Origin: Octopus bimaculoides
Taxonomy: Eukaryota
NCBI RefSeq assembly: GCF_001194135.2
Contig: NC_068984.1
Coordinates: 128,343,105 to 128,407,104, forward strand
Direction of reading: 5' to 3'
Length of the DNA: 64,000 nucleotides
The translations under genes were made by a program, and so were the position numbers. A model generated the notes under the pieces. It did not search any database. It had not been told where the DNA came from and was given only the letters and a program-made list of their open reading frames with translations. Shown in pieces: positions 12,870 through 25,399 of the stretch; position 1 is the first letter of the stretch; each line of letters starts with the position of its first letter.

Positions 12870-13880
12870 GCAGTCTTAGTATGTGTCCAGCCATTCTCAT
12901 TCGTCATGCAGGGGCCTTACTCTTGCTGTTTGGAGAATGGCATCATTTGTCATGCTGTATCTCTAATTGATTCTTAGGATTTTTCTAAGGCACCGCTGAT
13001 GAGATATGTCAAGTTAGTGGGCGATTTTTGCGGTCATCCTCCAGATTTCAGTTGCATAGATTGCTATTAGCAGTATTGCTGTTTTGTACAGGCATCTTCT
13101 GCTATAGCCCCAGGCCAACCGAAGCTTTGTAATTGAATTTGGTAGGCAGGAGTTACTGCTGTGAGCATACATGTGTGTGTGTAAGTGCTTGAGCCTTTCC
13201 AAGAGAGGGAATCTTCAGCTCTGTACTTATGTTATTGCTACACCAAAGAGTTGTCAGTCTTCTAAATACTGCCGCTGCCTTGCCAATTCTGCTGCTTACA
13301 TATGTGAAGCTTGTAACTTCTTCAACTGGTTCTTGTCCAACTTTCATTGGTACATTTTCTACTGGTTTCCCAACTTACATTACCTTCATTTTTTGACCAC
13401 TGATTTTCAACCCAGTTTTTGCCGTTTCTCTTTTCCATTTTTGTTGTTATTTCTTGTATAATGTTGGGCGATTCTCAGCCAACAGGGCAATGTCATTGGT
13501 GAAATCCAAGTCCGTTAGCCGGACCCTCACCATCCATGGTATGCTTACAGCCAGTCTCACCATTGATCTTTGCATAACAAAATCGATGACCATCAGAAAC
13601 AACATTGGTGACAGGAGACAGCCATGTCATACTCCAGTGACAATCTTAAGAAAACCTGTGTATCCATACTCTGTTCAAATGCAGCAGCTTGAGTTGTTGT
13701 AGAAACTGCTAAGCAGACTGATGTATTCCATACACTTTTGCAATCATCCAGAGAGTTTCTTTATGCACACTGTCAAACGCCTTTTTGAAATCAATGAAGT
13801 TTATTATTAGTGGTCTTTGGTGTTCCATGCATTGTTCTATGATGTTGCAGCACGATCTGCTGGGTTGAAATCCCGTTTGT
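12870..13880 (-). mobile_element. Degenerate RTE-group LINE reverse transcriptase
   Basis: Motifs INFIDFKKAFDSVHKETLW, TGV.HGCLLSPMLFLMVIDFVM, EEVTSFTYV and RIGKAAAVFRRL across frameshifts. Confidence 0.85.
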
Positions 13881-13924
13881 TCTCTCAAGTGGACATAAAA
13901 TGACGAGGGTGATAACAATCAATT

Positions 13925-14295
13925 TTATCATTTTACTCATTTCATTCATTAGACTGTGGCCATGCTGGAGCAACACCCTGAAGAATTTTTAGTTGAATGA
14001 ATCGACCCCAGTGCTTATTTTTTAAGCCTTGTACTTACTCTATTGGTCACTTTTGCTGAACAATTAAGTTATGGGGACATAAACATACCAATGCCGGTTG
14101 TCAGTTGGTGGTGGGGGATACACACATACACAAAGACACAGAGATATGCATGCATGCACACACGCACAAACAAACACATATATATTTATCTGATAGGTTT
14201 CTTTCAGTTTCCACCTACCAAATTCACTCACAAGGATTTAGTAGGCCCAAGGCTATAGCAGAAGACACTTGCCCAAGGTGCTATACAGTTGGAAC
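13925..14295 (-). mobile_element. SINE A
   Basis: Reverse-complement match to 26807-27188, with a central (AC)/(AT) tract. Confidence 0.75.
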
Positions 14296-14760
14296 CTTTA
14301 TTTCATGTCATTTTAAATCAGTTCCCTGTCTTCAAGTTACTTTATATTTTTCTTTTAGAAAGCAATGCTCTAGAAGACGGGCTAAGAACATTGACAACTG
14401 GATAAGTGTAACTTTCAGCTGTTATTTATAATTTTGCAAATTCATACAGCTGGTAGTCAAAATTAAAAAAAAAAAAAAGACATCTTAAGTTTATAGATAC
14501 AGACATATCAGATTTTGTGTAAGAGTTCAAGAAAGAATAGCACCATGTTTGCAGTTTCTTCTTAAGGTGTACTATTAATGATGCAATAATAGATCTTTGA
14601 CCAGCATCCTAGAAAATATTGACTTTAGATAGAAATAGGAGGTTAAATAGCCTGATAACTGACACTACAAAAATCTGATGAGACTTGAGTCTCTTAAGTC
14701 AATAGAATCCAAATATTTAAAATCAAGAACCATGTTAACAACAAGAAATAATTGCTTACA

Positions 14761-14791
<31 letters not shown>

Positions 14792-15204
14792 GTGGATGAA
14801 ATCACAGTTATTTTCTATACCCACTTATACACAAAATAATCAACACCTCCTTACAGAACAATACAAAAATACTGGTTAGTAAGCTACCTATCAGGTCACC
14901 AAGCCTTTTCAGTGTACAAAAACAACTCTAGAACTTGTAATTCTAGAGAACCACAAGGATCTGTCTGTTCAACTTATACCCACACAACCTTCCCACACCT
15001 TCTCAAAACATATACACATCCTCCTCATACATGAATGACCACACATTCTCCTATATTCTCTTCTAAAAGTCTCCATTCCAGCTGTATGTCTAGAAATTTA
15101 GTTTTAAAACAACAAAAAAGTACATCTGCAAATCTGCTCTCCCTTACAAAGTAGTGTAATAAAAGAACTTTCTCAAACACATCTCCCTATCATATTTAAA
15201 TATC

Positions 15205-15592
15205 TATTTTCAAATGCTTGTATGAGCCAGGAGTTTACTGAGGCAGATCTCTTCCTGTTGCCACCTGTTTCCGAGCAAGGTAATATTTCTCCATCACTAG
15301 ACGTGTCTCACAGAATATTGGAAATGAATAACACTGCTTGTATGATAGTGACACTTATGTACAATTATTACATGATATCAAGACAAGGTGACATAAGCAA
15401 ACACACGCACACACACCAAACGACTTGTTTCAGCTGCTGTCTACCAAATCCACTCACAAGGCTTAGGTTGGCCTGAGGTTATAGGGGCTACAGTAGAAGA
15501 TATTTGCCCAAGGTACCATGCCATGGAACTAAACTTGAAACCATGTGGTTGGGAAGCAAACTTGTAAACCACATAGCCACACCTGCACCTAT
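15205..15592 (-). mobile_element. SINE A2 (head A plus RTE tail)
   Basis: Same two-module structure as 31815-32250. Confidence 0.7.
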
Positions 15593-15779
15593 GCCCCAAA
15601 ATATAAATGAAAACAAAAGTAAAAAAATATGTCATATTAGCTACTATAATAGAATCAAATACAATCACCATACTCAATGACATAAATATATATACATACA
15701 CTCACACAGAAATATTGGTAGAATATAGAATGCCTTCATAACATTCATGGCACACACAAAAGATAAAGTAAAACATGCA

Positions 15780-16200
15780 AAATGACAAATTAACATGTTT
15801 ATATCAATCACAACTAACAAAGAAACAACCATGTTATTGTACATACAATATACTAGAACTATTATGAATTATGTTAGCCCAGCCTGGGCTTCCATTCTTT
15901 CCACGACAAAGAAATATCTCACTAACAAACATGATAAACTACAAAGGACACAAAACAGCACACTTAACATCAGCATAGGTCGCCTAAACATTGGAACAAA
16001 GATACTAAATATAGAAGACCATTTAGACATGAAAGGAGCACGGTTTGCTACCACAATTCCCAAAGTTCATGCTACTATGTGACAAATCCTTTCCATATCC
16101 ACCCCCATATACATATACAAAGCCTAAAATATTAGAACATCATCCTAAAAACACTATCACTTCCCACTCAACCCAGACATCATCAACATCACTATTTTAA
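15780..16200 (+). mobile_element. Jockey/I-group LINE RT C-terminal remnant
   Basis: LLYIQYTRTIMNYVSPAW...KLQRTQNSTLNISIG matches the motif LY...IRP.LEY.SP.W...LQ.VQN..LR.ITG. Confidence 0.65.
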
Positions 16201-16525
16201 CATCCACTTTTCTATGCTTGCATGGGTTGGGCAGAATTTGTTGAGTTGGATTTTCTATGGCTAGATCTGCTTCTTGTCACCAATCTTCACTTGTTTGCAA
16301 GTAAGGTAATATTTCTCCATGACTAGACATGTTTTCATGGATGAGTGGAATCAAATGACATCACTTGCATGACTATGACACTCATTTACAAGTGTCATGC
16401 AATATCAGGGAATGGAGACAACGCACACGCATGCGCAATGGATTTCTTTCATTTTCCATCTACCAAATCCACTTGCCTAATGTGCCACACAGCTGGACTG
16501 AACCTGAAACCATGTGGTTGGGAAG
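16195..16525 (-). mobile_element. SINE A2 (head A plus RTE tail)
   Basis: Tail ACATCCACTTTTCTATGCTTGCATGGG through to head AACCTGAAACCATGTGGTTGGGAAG. Confidence 0.7.
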
Positions 16526-17769
16526 TATACATAAAAATATATATATACACCCAGGAAAAGTCAAGTCATACCATCAATAATTTCAGAAGGGCCCAAACAC
16601 TGTATTAGGATGTGCACCACCGATAGTAAGTTCAGAACAACAGTAACTATCAGGCTTTAATTGAGACCACCTGTCCCATCACTATGTTCACCAACAGAAT
16701 GTATGGGTGTGCAAAATTTCACAGGAAAATGGAGAGAATACAACATACTCAGACAGCCACAATGCATTCATACCACTCATGCATGCAGCATGGTTCTCAG
16801 CTAGGTATATCTGGAACAACAGGTATATAACTCGTATCTGCAAGTCTGTTTGACTAGGGCTGATTTGGAGTTACATATAACAACAACAGTTACATCAGTA
16901 GTAGTTTTAGGAAAGTAATATATATATATATATATATATACAGAAAAGCATTTATCTGGAAAGAAGTGGAATGCAAAAATATTTAAAAAAAAGAAGATAA
17001 AAATCAAAATCATATGATTACAGAGAAGATCACAGTAGCTGAACTGTCAAATACTATGGTATTTCTGACAGGATAAAACAAAAAAATATTAAGTAATTGA
17101 AGATAATAAATCATATAATTGACACAAGTATTACATATAATTAATACAGGTAGTAATATTACTATTGCCTTTGTGCTTAGTAAAAATACATTATTATTAT
17201 TATTATTATTATTTATGTTGCTGAAGTTAGAAAATTGTTTTGTTTGAGTGGATCCATAACCCAGAGGCAGCTGATTAGATTTGGTGTTAAATTCTCAGGT
17301 AGTGCACCAACCAGTTTCACTCATTAACTGAACTGGAACTGGTTTCATTAATGCCAAGCAGCAAGGCATGATCACCACAAATTCCCCATTCAAACCTTAA
17401 AAAAAAAAAAATCAGGTCTTTTTATGTTCATGTAAGAAAAATGTCACTGTTATTATTGTGATAATTACCTGTAGCAGTAGTGGTTTTAGTAGTAGAAGTA
17501 GTATGTTTAGATCTTTCTGAGGGATAAGATCTCCTTCTGAGAAAAGGGGTATATCCAGGTCCATGTTTTAAAGTCGGCATCACACATGGAAGTAGAGAGT
17601 GTACAAAATGTGTGCGAGGAACAAATACTGAGTTAATGAGGATTACTCAGGTCAGTGTAGTACAAACAACTGATGTTCATGACAACGCTTCAGCTTTCTC
17701 TATTGATATGAAACACAGATACACATACACAATAAGCAGAACGACAGGTCTGTGTGTATGTGCATGCAT

Positions 17770-17815
<46 letters not shown>

Positions 17816-18129
17816 CTACTGCTTCATGTGTATCATTGAGAGAACAATGTGATTGGTGCTTTAGTCGCCAAATGAAAAGAGAGTATATGAGCAAAGGTGA
17901 TAGCAGTCGTGGAGAAGAAACTTATTTTTAAATTATATAATCTGAAGAAGAGGAGGAAGGAGGTAGAGTACCTGTGACCACAGTTGGCTCTCCAAAAACA
18001 AACAAAGTAGTTCAATTTGAACTTTTACAGGCTGAGTTGTGTATAAAAAAAGAAAAAAAAAGATTGAAGAAGGAGTTACCTAACATTCTGGTGATGTATG
18101 TAGTGGTGTGGAATGATTAGTGAAAATAG

Positions 18130-18359
18130 AAGGTGTTGAGCTGGCAGAATCGTTAGCATGCCGGGCGAAATGCTTAGCGGTATTTCATCTGCCACTACAT
18201 TCTAAGTTCAAATTCCGCCGAGGTCGACTTTACCTTTCATCCTTTTGGGGTCAATAAATTAAGTACCAGTTAGTACGGGGGGTGGGGGGGTGCAGATGTC
18301 GATGTAATTGACTTGCCCCCTCCCACCCAAATTTCAGGCCTTCTGCCTATAGTAGAAAG
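18130..18359 (+). mobile_element. SINE B with 15-bp TSD
   Basis: Head GAGCTGGCAGAATCGTTAGC and B-box-like GTTCAAATTCC. GATTAGTGAAAATAG is repeated at 18115-18129 and 18360-18374. Confidence 0.85.
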
Positions 18360-18398
18360 GATTAGTGAAAATAGTTCTTATTATTAGTTAATAAAATG

Positions 18399-18770
18399 TG
18401 GTGGTGAGCTGGCAGAATCATTAGCACGCAAGTTGAGATGCTTAGTGGCATTTCATCAGTCTTCATGCTCTGAGTCAATAAAGTGAGCACCAGCTGAGTA
18501 ACTGACTATCCCTGCATCCCCAGATTTCAGGTCTTGTGCCTATAGCAGAAGGGATTATTAGTTAATAAAATGAGGTGGTGGGCTGGCAGAATTGTTAGCA
18601 CACCAGACAAAATGCTTTGGGACATTTCATGTCTTTTTGTTCCGAGATCAAATTCCGCTGAGGTTGACTCTGCCATTTGTCCTTTCAGGGTTGATAAAAT
18701 AAGCACCAGTCAAGTACTGGTGCTGATGTTGTCAATGATCCACCTTCCACAAGATTTCAGGCTTTGTGCA
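18399..18770 (+). mobile_element. Two head-to-tail SINE B copies
   Basis: Heads at about 18400 and 18575. The flank ATTATTAGTTAATAAAATG occurs at 18380 and 18554. Confidence 0.8.
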
Positions 18771-19396
18771 CATCATCATCATCATCGTTTAACGTCCGCT
18801 TTCCATGCTAGCATGGGTTGGACGATTTGACTGAGGACTGGTGAAACCGGATGGCAACACCAGGCTCCAGTCTGATTTGGCAGAGTTTCTACAGCTGAAT
18901 GCCCTTCCTTACGCCAACCACTCAGAGAGTGTAGTGGGTGCTTTTACGTGTCACCCGCACNNNNNNNNNNNNNNNNNNNNNNNNNNNNNNNNNNNNNNNN
19001 NNNNNNNNNNNNNNNNNNNNNNNNNNNNNNNNNNNNNNNNNNNNNNNNNNNNNNNNNNNNNNNNNNNNNNNNNNNNNNNNNNNNNNNNNNNNNNNNNNNN
19101 NNNNNNNNNNNNNNNNNNNNNNNNNNNNNNNNNNNNNNNNNNNNNNNAGAACCAGTCCAGGGGCACTGGCAACGATCTTACTTGGCTTGCCGGGTCTTCT
19201 CACGCACAGCACATTTCCAAAGGTCTCGGTCAGTAGTCATCGCCTCGGTGAAGCCCAATGTACGAAGGTCTTGCCTCACCACCTCAGCCCAGGTCTTCCT
19301 GGGCCTACCTCTTCCACGGGTTCCCTCAACTGTTAGGGTGTGGCACTTTTTCACGCAGCTATCCTCCTCCATTCTCACCACATGTCCATACCACAT
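18771..19396 (-). mobile_element. 5'-truncated young RTE LINE inserted in the SINE B tail
   Basis: ORF end WYGHVVRMEEDSCVKKCHTLTVEGTRGRGRPRKTWAEVVRQDL...RQAK*, then 3'UTR (gapped) and a (CAT)n tail on plus. Confidence 0.9.
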
Positions 19397-19469
19397 AGTA
19401 GAAAGAAAGAATTATCAGTTAATAAATAAGTTTAAAAGTGAATGGTGTAAAGTATTTGTTAGAAAGACA

Positions 19470-19643
19470 TAGATGTAGGCATGGTTGTCTGGTTATGAAG
19501 TTTTCTTGCCAACCATGTGGTCTCAAGTTCTAGTCTTGCTGTGAGGCATCTTGGGACAGATATCTTCTACTCTAACTCCAGGCCAACCACAGTCTTGTGA
19601 AAGGATTTGGTAGGCAGAACTGAAAGAAGCCTATGGTATACAT

Positions 19644-19707
<64 letters not shown>
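19470..19707 (+). mobile_element. SINE A 5' half ending in (AC)n at a gap
   Basis: Head GTAGGCATGGTTGTCTGGTTATGAAG...GAAAGAAGCC followed by (AC)n. An RTE tail (TAAACGATGATG) resumes at 20398 after the gap. Confidence 0.65.
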
Positions 19708-20426
19708 NNNNNNNNNNNNNNNNNNNNNNNNNNNNNNNNNNNNNNNNNNNNNNNNNNNNNNNNNNNNNNNNNNNNNNNNNNNNNNNNNNNNNNNNNNNNN
19801 NNNNNNNNNNNNNNNNNNNNNNNNNNNNNNNNNNNNNNNNNNNNNNNNNNNNNNNNNNNNNNNNNNNNNNNNNNNNNNNNNNNNNNNNNNNNNNNNNNNN
19901 NNNNNNNNNNNNNNNNNNNNNNNNNNNNNNNNNNNNNNNNNNNNNNNNNNNNNNNNNNNNNNNNNNNNNNNNNNNNNNNNNNNNNNNNNNNNNNNNNNNN
20001 NNNNNNNNNNNNNNNNNNNNNNNNNNNNNNNNNNNNNNNNNNNNNNNNNNNNNNNNNNNNNNNNNNNNNNNNNNNNNNNNNNNNNNNNNNNNNNNNNNNN
20101 NNNNNNNNNNNNNNNNNNNNNNNNNNNNNNNNNNNNNNNNNNNNNNNNNNNNNNNNNNNNNNNNNNNNNNNNNNNNNNNNNNNNNNNNNNNNNNNNNNNN
20201 NNNNNNNNNNNNNNNNNNNNNNNNNNNNNNNNNNNNNNNNNNNNNNNNNNNNNNNNNNNNNNNNNNNNNNNNNNNNNNNNNNNNNNNNNNNNNNNNNNNN
20301 NNNNNNNNNNNNNNNNNNNNNNNNNNNNNNNNNNNNNNNNNNNNNNNNNNNNNNNNNNNNNNNNNNNNNNNNNNNNNNNNNNNNNNNNNNNNNNNNNTAA
20401 ACGATGATGATGATGATGATGATATA

Positions 20427-20468
<42 letters not shown>

Positions 20469-21321
20469 GGTTTGGAGGTGATGTACAGAAATTATATATT
20501 AGAAAAAATAAAGTACTCAGAGATCTGGATGGTTGTACATTTACAGATTTTTATTAATATGTCACATGTGACATTAATATGGAGCACCAGATATAAGTTC
20601 AATCACAAGGTCCAGTCCTTGTGATATGGTGGCTTATGTGCCTCAATGACCCAGGAAGCTATGCCAGTGGAGTGCAAGCTCCAGGTAGGGTTCCCCACCA
20701 CCCATGCTGGACAGGTCCAAAGATAGAAGCTAGATTAATATGGATCACCTCTTCCCACTTGGGCACAAACACAGACACATATACATACATACATTTAGGT
20801 GCAGGCATGGCTGTGTGGAGAAGCAAAGTTACAGAAGACTCCATGACAATTCAAAACCAAGAAAATCTGGGAGAAGAAAATATTTGTCCAGAATTAAGAA
20901 CTTAAGGGCTTAAGTAAGATACAAGTTAGAGGTCAGGTTTATGAATCCAGAATATCAGGTCCCCCAGTCTCCTAAACACTGGTAGTTGTTTTTAGGTCCT
21001 CATTGTGCAGTTGTGACTATCCATCATCTTTTCAGATATAATGCATTACAACAATATCCAGTGTGTCTGACTTTATGTTACCATACTTCAGCTGAAATGT
21101 GCTATCTTTGTTTCAATTAATTTTGAAATAATGAAGAATTTCGTTAAATAACATTGTCATTACTAAGCTTGAATTAGGAATCGTGGGGCTTATGAAAAAC
21201 CTACCAAAGGTAGGAAATAGATTATCACATGCAGCAGCAGCAGGTCTCCCAAGAAATCATTATTTGATATTCTTTTTTATGTTTCAGCCCTAAGGCTGTG
21301 GCCATGCCAGTAGAATAAATC

Positions 21322-21394
21322 TGTCAAACATGGAGTATGAACCTATGACTCAGAGGTTAAGAATCTTGTGCTCTACTAACTGAGCTAGCCAGTA
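21322..21394 (-). pseudogene. tRNA-Lys(CTT) pseudogene
   Basis: 73 nt align ungapped at 52/73 to the canonical metazoan tRNA-Lys-CTT as I recall it. Anticodon CTT is retained, while the T-loop and stems are damaged. Confidence 0.8.
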
Positions 21395-21589
21395 GCTAGA
21401 TTCTAAAACTAAATTAGTAACAGCACAAGACCCACTCCACCTTCATACTGATGATATGAGAGATCTCTACGATTTGAACAACCATAAAAGTTAGCTTTAT
21501 ACAACCATTACTTTTATGATCCAAAACAATAGATGACATTACAACGACAAACTACAGCAGCTGTGATCAAGTAAGGTAAATGGGCTTGG

Positions 21590-21900
21590 CAGTGTTCCAT
21601 TGGTTATGACGATAAGTATTCCAGTTGATCTGATTAATGGAACAGCGTGCTCGTGGAATTAATGTGCAAATGGCAGTTCACTCCAGTGACATGTGCACCC
21701 TTAAAGTAGTTCTCAGGGAGATTCAGCGGGACACAAAATGTGACGGGGCTAGCCCTTTGAAATACAGGTACAACTCATTTTTGTCAGCTGAGTGGACTGG
21801 AGAAACGTGAAACAAAGTGTCTTGCTCAAGGACACAGTGTGCCGCCAGGCATTGAACTCAAACCTTATGACCATGAGCTGAATACTCTAGCCACTTAGCT
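21590..21900 (-). mobile_element. SINE C, degenerate
   Basis: Shares TCCAGTTGATC..AATGGAACAGC.TGCTCGTG and CCCTTTGAAATACAGGTACAAC with 28246-28628. Confidence 0.7.
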
Positions 21901-22429
21901 AAGTAATAAAACAAAGTATTAAAAAAAATTAGATAAAAAATAAAATTGGGTACAAAGAAATGGTTCCAGTAGTGGGGTATGCTCCTTAGGGTCAATCAAG
22001 AAATGCTACAGATTTGAAAATGTACTGACAATTAAAGGTAAGTTCCTCTTCCCAGTTGTGATCTCCAGCCTGCAACCATATGATAAAGCAGTGCCAATCA
22101 ACTAGGCCATACACGTCACTCTCATTCATTTTTCAGTAATTTAACTTGGACAGCACTTCCTCCACTACCTACACCACTGCATATTCCATTTCAAATATAA
22201 CTTGGAGAAACCGAGGGTAATAAACCATCGACTCTGAAGTACAAATGGAAACTGTTTCCGTCGGTTGATCAGTGGGAGTTAATTTGAATCAAGTGGTCAA
22301 ACTTGTGCGAGCAGAGTTATGTACCTTGCACCAATACATTACACAACTGACATAACGGATATTTCTATATATATGTCATTCTCCCACTTCAACAAATACA
22401 AAGTAAAGGTGTTTGCTTCCTAACCACAT

Positions 22430-24100
22430 GGTTCAGAGTGACACCTGAAGAACAGTGGTTCCCAATAATTGCTTTTGGAGGGGTTAGGAAGCAAGGGCTG
22501 TTATGGAACTGTAGAAGATCATAAACAACAAGATGATGGTGAGAATGACCTGGACGAGAGGTTTAAGAGGTTCGTTGCTATTCTGCTGCAGATGTCCTCT
22601 AAACGGATTAGCTAGCATCTGGTTGCTTTCTTTTATTACATAATAAGCCAAAGGGTTGTCAGTTAATGCAGGTGAAAAATTAAATGACGAGGAAAGTGGA
22701 CCAAGGATTATGTGGGGGAAGTAATGCTTTGAATGAAAAGACAAGTGTTGCAACAGGAGAGGAACACATAAATGATACCGGGGTAATGTGGGGCTTGGAG
22801 TAAAAGTACTGTGGATCAGAAGGTCATGCAGGTTGTGCTTGCACCTGAAGGAGAGTGGATGGTTAGGAAAGATGTAGGAAATGGTAGGGCTAGACTGAAG
22901 GAAATGGAAGTTGTGTAGGACAGTGCATTAGAGAGATTAGCTGGTAGGATGGAAGGTAAAGGTAATGCAGTTGATAGTAGGACAGGTAAGGGATAGGAGG
23001 ACAGAAGTATAGTTGACAATTAGGCTGAATTGACAGCTGCTTGGAGGTATCCATGTTGAAGAAAAATTAATGGACCATTTGAAACGTTTGTGTGTGTGTG
23101 TGTGTGTATGTGTGAAACTTATCTTTGAAGTCAGAATATCAGTTAGAAAGACAGTAATGAGGAAGAAATTTTGAGAAGACAGCCAATTTAGTGTGAAAGG
23201 GATGGAAGAGAAGAATTTAAAGTAGGTGTGTATGTGCGCGCGCGTTAGTAGGTCTGTAAAGAATCGAGGTGAAGAGTTTGGATGATGTCTAAAAAATTAA
23301 CAGAAGTATAAGAAATGTAGGCAGATGTGAATTATATAAGCAAGGTAGGAGCTGAAGAAAGAAATGAAGGTGGTGAACAGTACATGGATAAGCAAGGAGG
23401 TGTCAATACAGTTGTTGACGTAATAACCGTAGAGCTCTGTAGTGGAGTGGTGAAACAAGTTAAGATATGAGCTCCAAGTTAATGAAACAGGCTGGTAAAA
23501 TTGGGTCCCCTCATGGCACCTACAGCCATTCCAGTAACTTGCTGGTAAAACTTCCTGGAAAAGGTGAAACAGTTGAGTGTAAAGATGAGTTTTGTGGGGT
23601 GAAGGAGAGTAAGGATGGTGAGCTTGAGCAGGATGTGGTGTTTGAGAAAATATTTGAGGTTAGGAGACACATCGAGGTGAGGGATGATGGTGTAGAAGAA
23701 TTCAAAAGCCATGGTAGAAAATAATTGTGGGAGACTGAGTAGGGGAGAGAGAGGAGTTGAAGAGGTAGAAATCAGAGTTGGTGTCACGGATATGAGTGAA
23801 GGTTGCTATTGAAGATGACAAGAATTGAACTAGGTAGTTTAAGATTAGTTGCATAGGTAGCTGCAGGAAGAAAGAATAAGACGAGCAGAGGTGATGGCCT
23901 TATGGATTTTGGGAAGAAAGTAGAGGTTAACAGGGTGTCAGTGCATGGTGCTGCCAACAATGAGGTTGGCAGCTGCGAGAGGAAAAAGAGAAGGCAATAG
24001 TGTACAATAGCAGACATCAACAGTTGCTGCAAGGAATGGTTGTTTACGTTTTCAAATAATACAAAAAGCTTCAAATAACATTTGGCACGACGAGGACACC
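22430..24100 (-). mobile_element. Degenerate Penelope-like element (RT plus GIY-YIG)
   Basis: LNCFTFSRKFYQQVTGMAVG..GPNFTSLF (PLE RT), ELYGYYVNNCI (decayed YIDD motif) and YYVIKESNQMLANPFRGHL (decayed YIGETGR.L..RF.EH). Confidence 0.8.
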
Positions 24101-24611
24101 AGTAATCTGGAAAAAAGTGTTGCACCAATGTTGCTAGCTGGGTTTTGATAACTTGCTAATTGGGAAAAGTTATGCTAATTGTGAAGCTAACTTGTTGTAC
24201 GTTGCTAGTGGAAGGTAAGTAGTAAACAGCTTGAATAAACAATCAACTGAAGTAAACTTGTTCTTTCTCCATCTGAATTTGAAGGACAGACAGTTTTATT
24301 GTTAGCTTCAATGAATGTCCATGGAATATATCTATATATATATATATATATGTAGTTATGCCCAAACACATCTGTCACTGCTATCAAAGTCTAATGACAA
24401 CCGTTTCACTGTCTTTCTAGAGACTACATCAAGATAGAAAACAACACAATAATAAAAGCTTAAAAAGCTTACATAATGATTTTCTCTCAGAGCTTCTAAA
24501 CATAAATGAGATAAAAACAGGACAAATATATTCATAAAACTACAAAAAATATTTAGTTCTCCAATTAAGTTTGTTTCCACAACTTTAACTAAATCTCTAA
24601 GTCAAGCTGCT

Positions 24612-24661
<50 letters not shown>

Positions 24662-24722
24662 AAAATACTAGATTGGTAAAAAGATAATACAGTTCTATAT
24701 TTAAGAGATGAGGAATTATGTA

Positions 24723-24962
24723 CATTATTTACATTGTTTACATTTGATGGATATTTTTCCTCATCTTGTTTGTTGTTAACCCCAAGATTCTGAGTTCGAT
24801 TACAAGCAGTGACCTGAATAACATTGAAAAATACCTCAGGAATGAGAAACCAGGTTTGAAATTTTCCCAAGACACCCGATGAAGGCTGGAGGGTATATCA
24901 GCCGAAACGTTGTTTTAACAATAAACAAGATGAGGACAAATATCCATCAAATGTAAATAATG
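24723..24962 (+). mobile_element. Fold-back Penelope-LTR-like element
   Basis: Inverted arms at 24737-24779 and 24915-24957 (2 mismatches in 43 bp) enclose a hammerhead-like motif. Confidence 0.7.
24871..24916 (+). ncRNA. Minimal type I hammerhead ribozyme motif, probably inactivated
   Basis: GACAC-CCGATGA-A-GGCTG(gagggtatat)CAGCC-GAA-ACGT-T-GTTTT. Core CUGAUGA carries U4C, stem II is perfect, and stem III is the palindromic ACGU. Confidence 0.6.
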
Positions 24963-25399
24963 GTAAAAAGATATCTACTTACTTGAATAACTTCAATACT
25001 GGAACCGTGTCAGTTACTACAAATATCTGTAAGTTAAAGAAACAACAAATTAGTAAGATATAGTGCAATACACCATACATGACAAACACTGCAAGATATA
25101 TTAGATACAATATATGACATATCTGATACAACACAGCAGTGCAGAGAGATTGCTCTAGAAATTATGTGACTACAATGTGAACTTCTTAGCCATACAGTCC
25201 AAAATTTTCTTATAGTTTTTCATCTAAATAGTTTATCAGCAGCTATATGCCCATGAGATTATCCTATTCCAGACACTAATCTAGTATTTATCTCTATGGT
25301 AAATACCAGGCCTGTAGGTTGATGAAAGTTCTTTTCTGGTGTTACCATTAACCATACTCTTTTGCACAATTACTAGATAGTTTTCGATCCTTCCAGGTT

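Noticed and set aside
14676-14700. CTGATGA followed by the hairpin GAGAC-TTGA-GTCTC as a hammerhead
   Set aside because: No GAAA follows the hairpin.
20559-20574. 16-bp palindrome ATGTCACATGTGACAT
   Set aside because: It is isolated, lies within repeat-like sequence, and has no supporting context.
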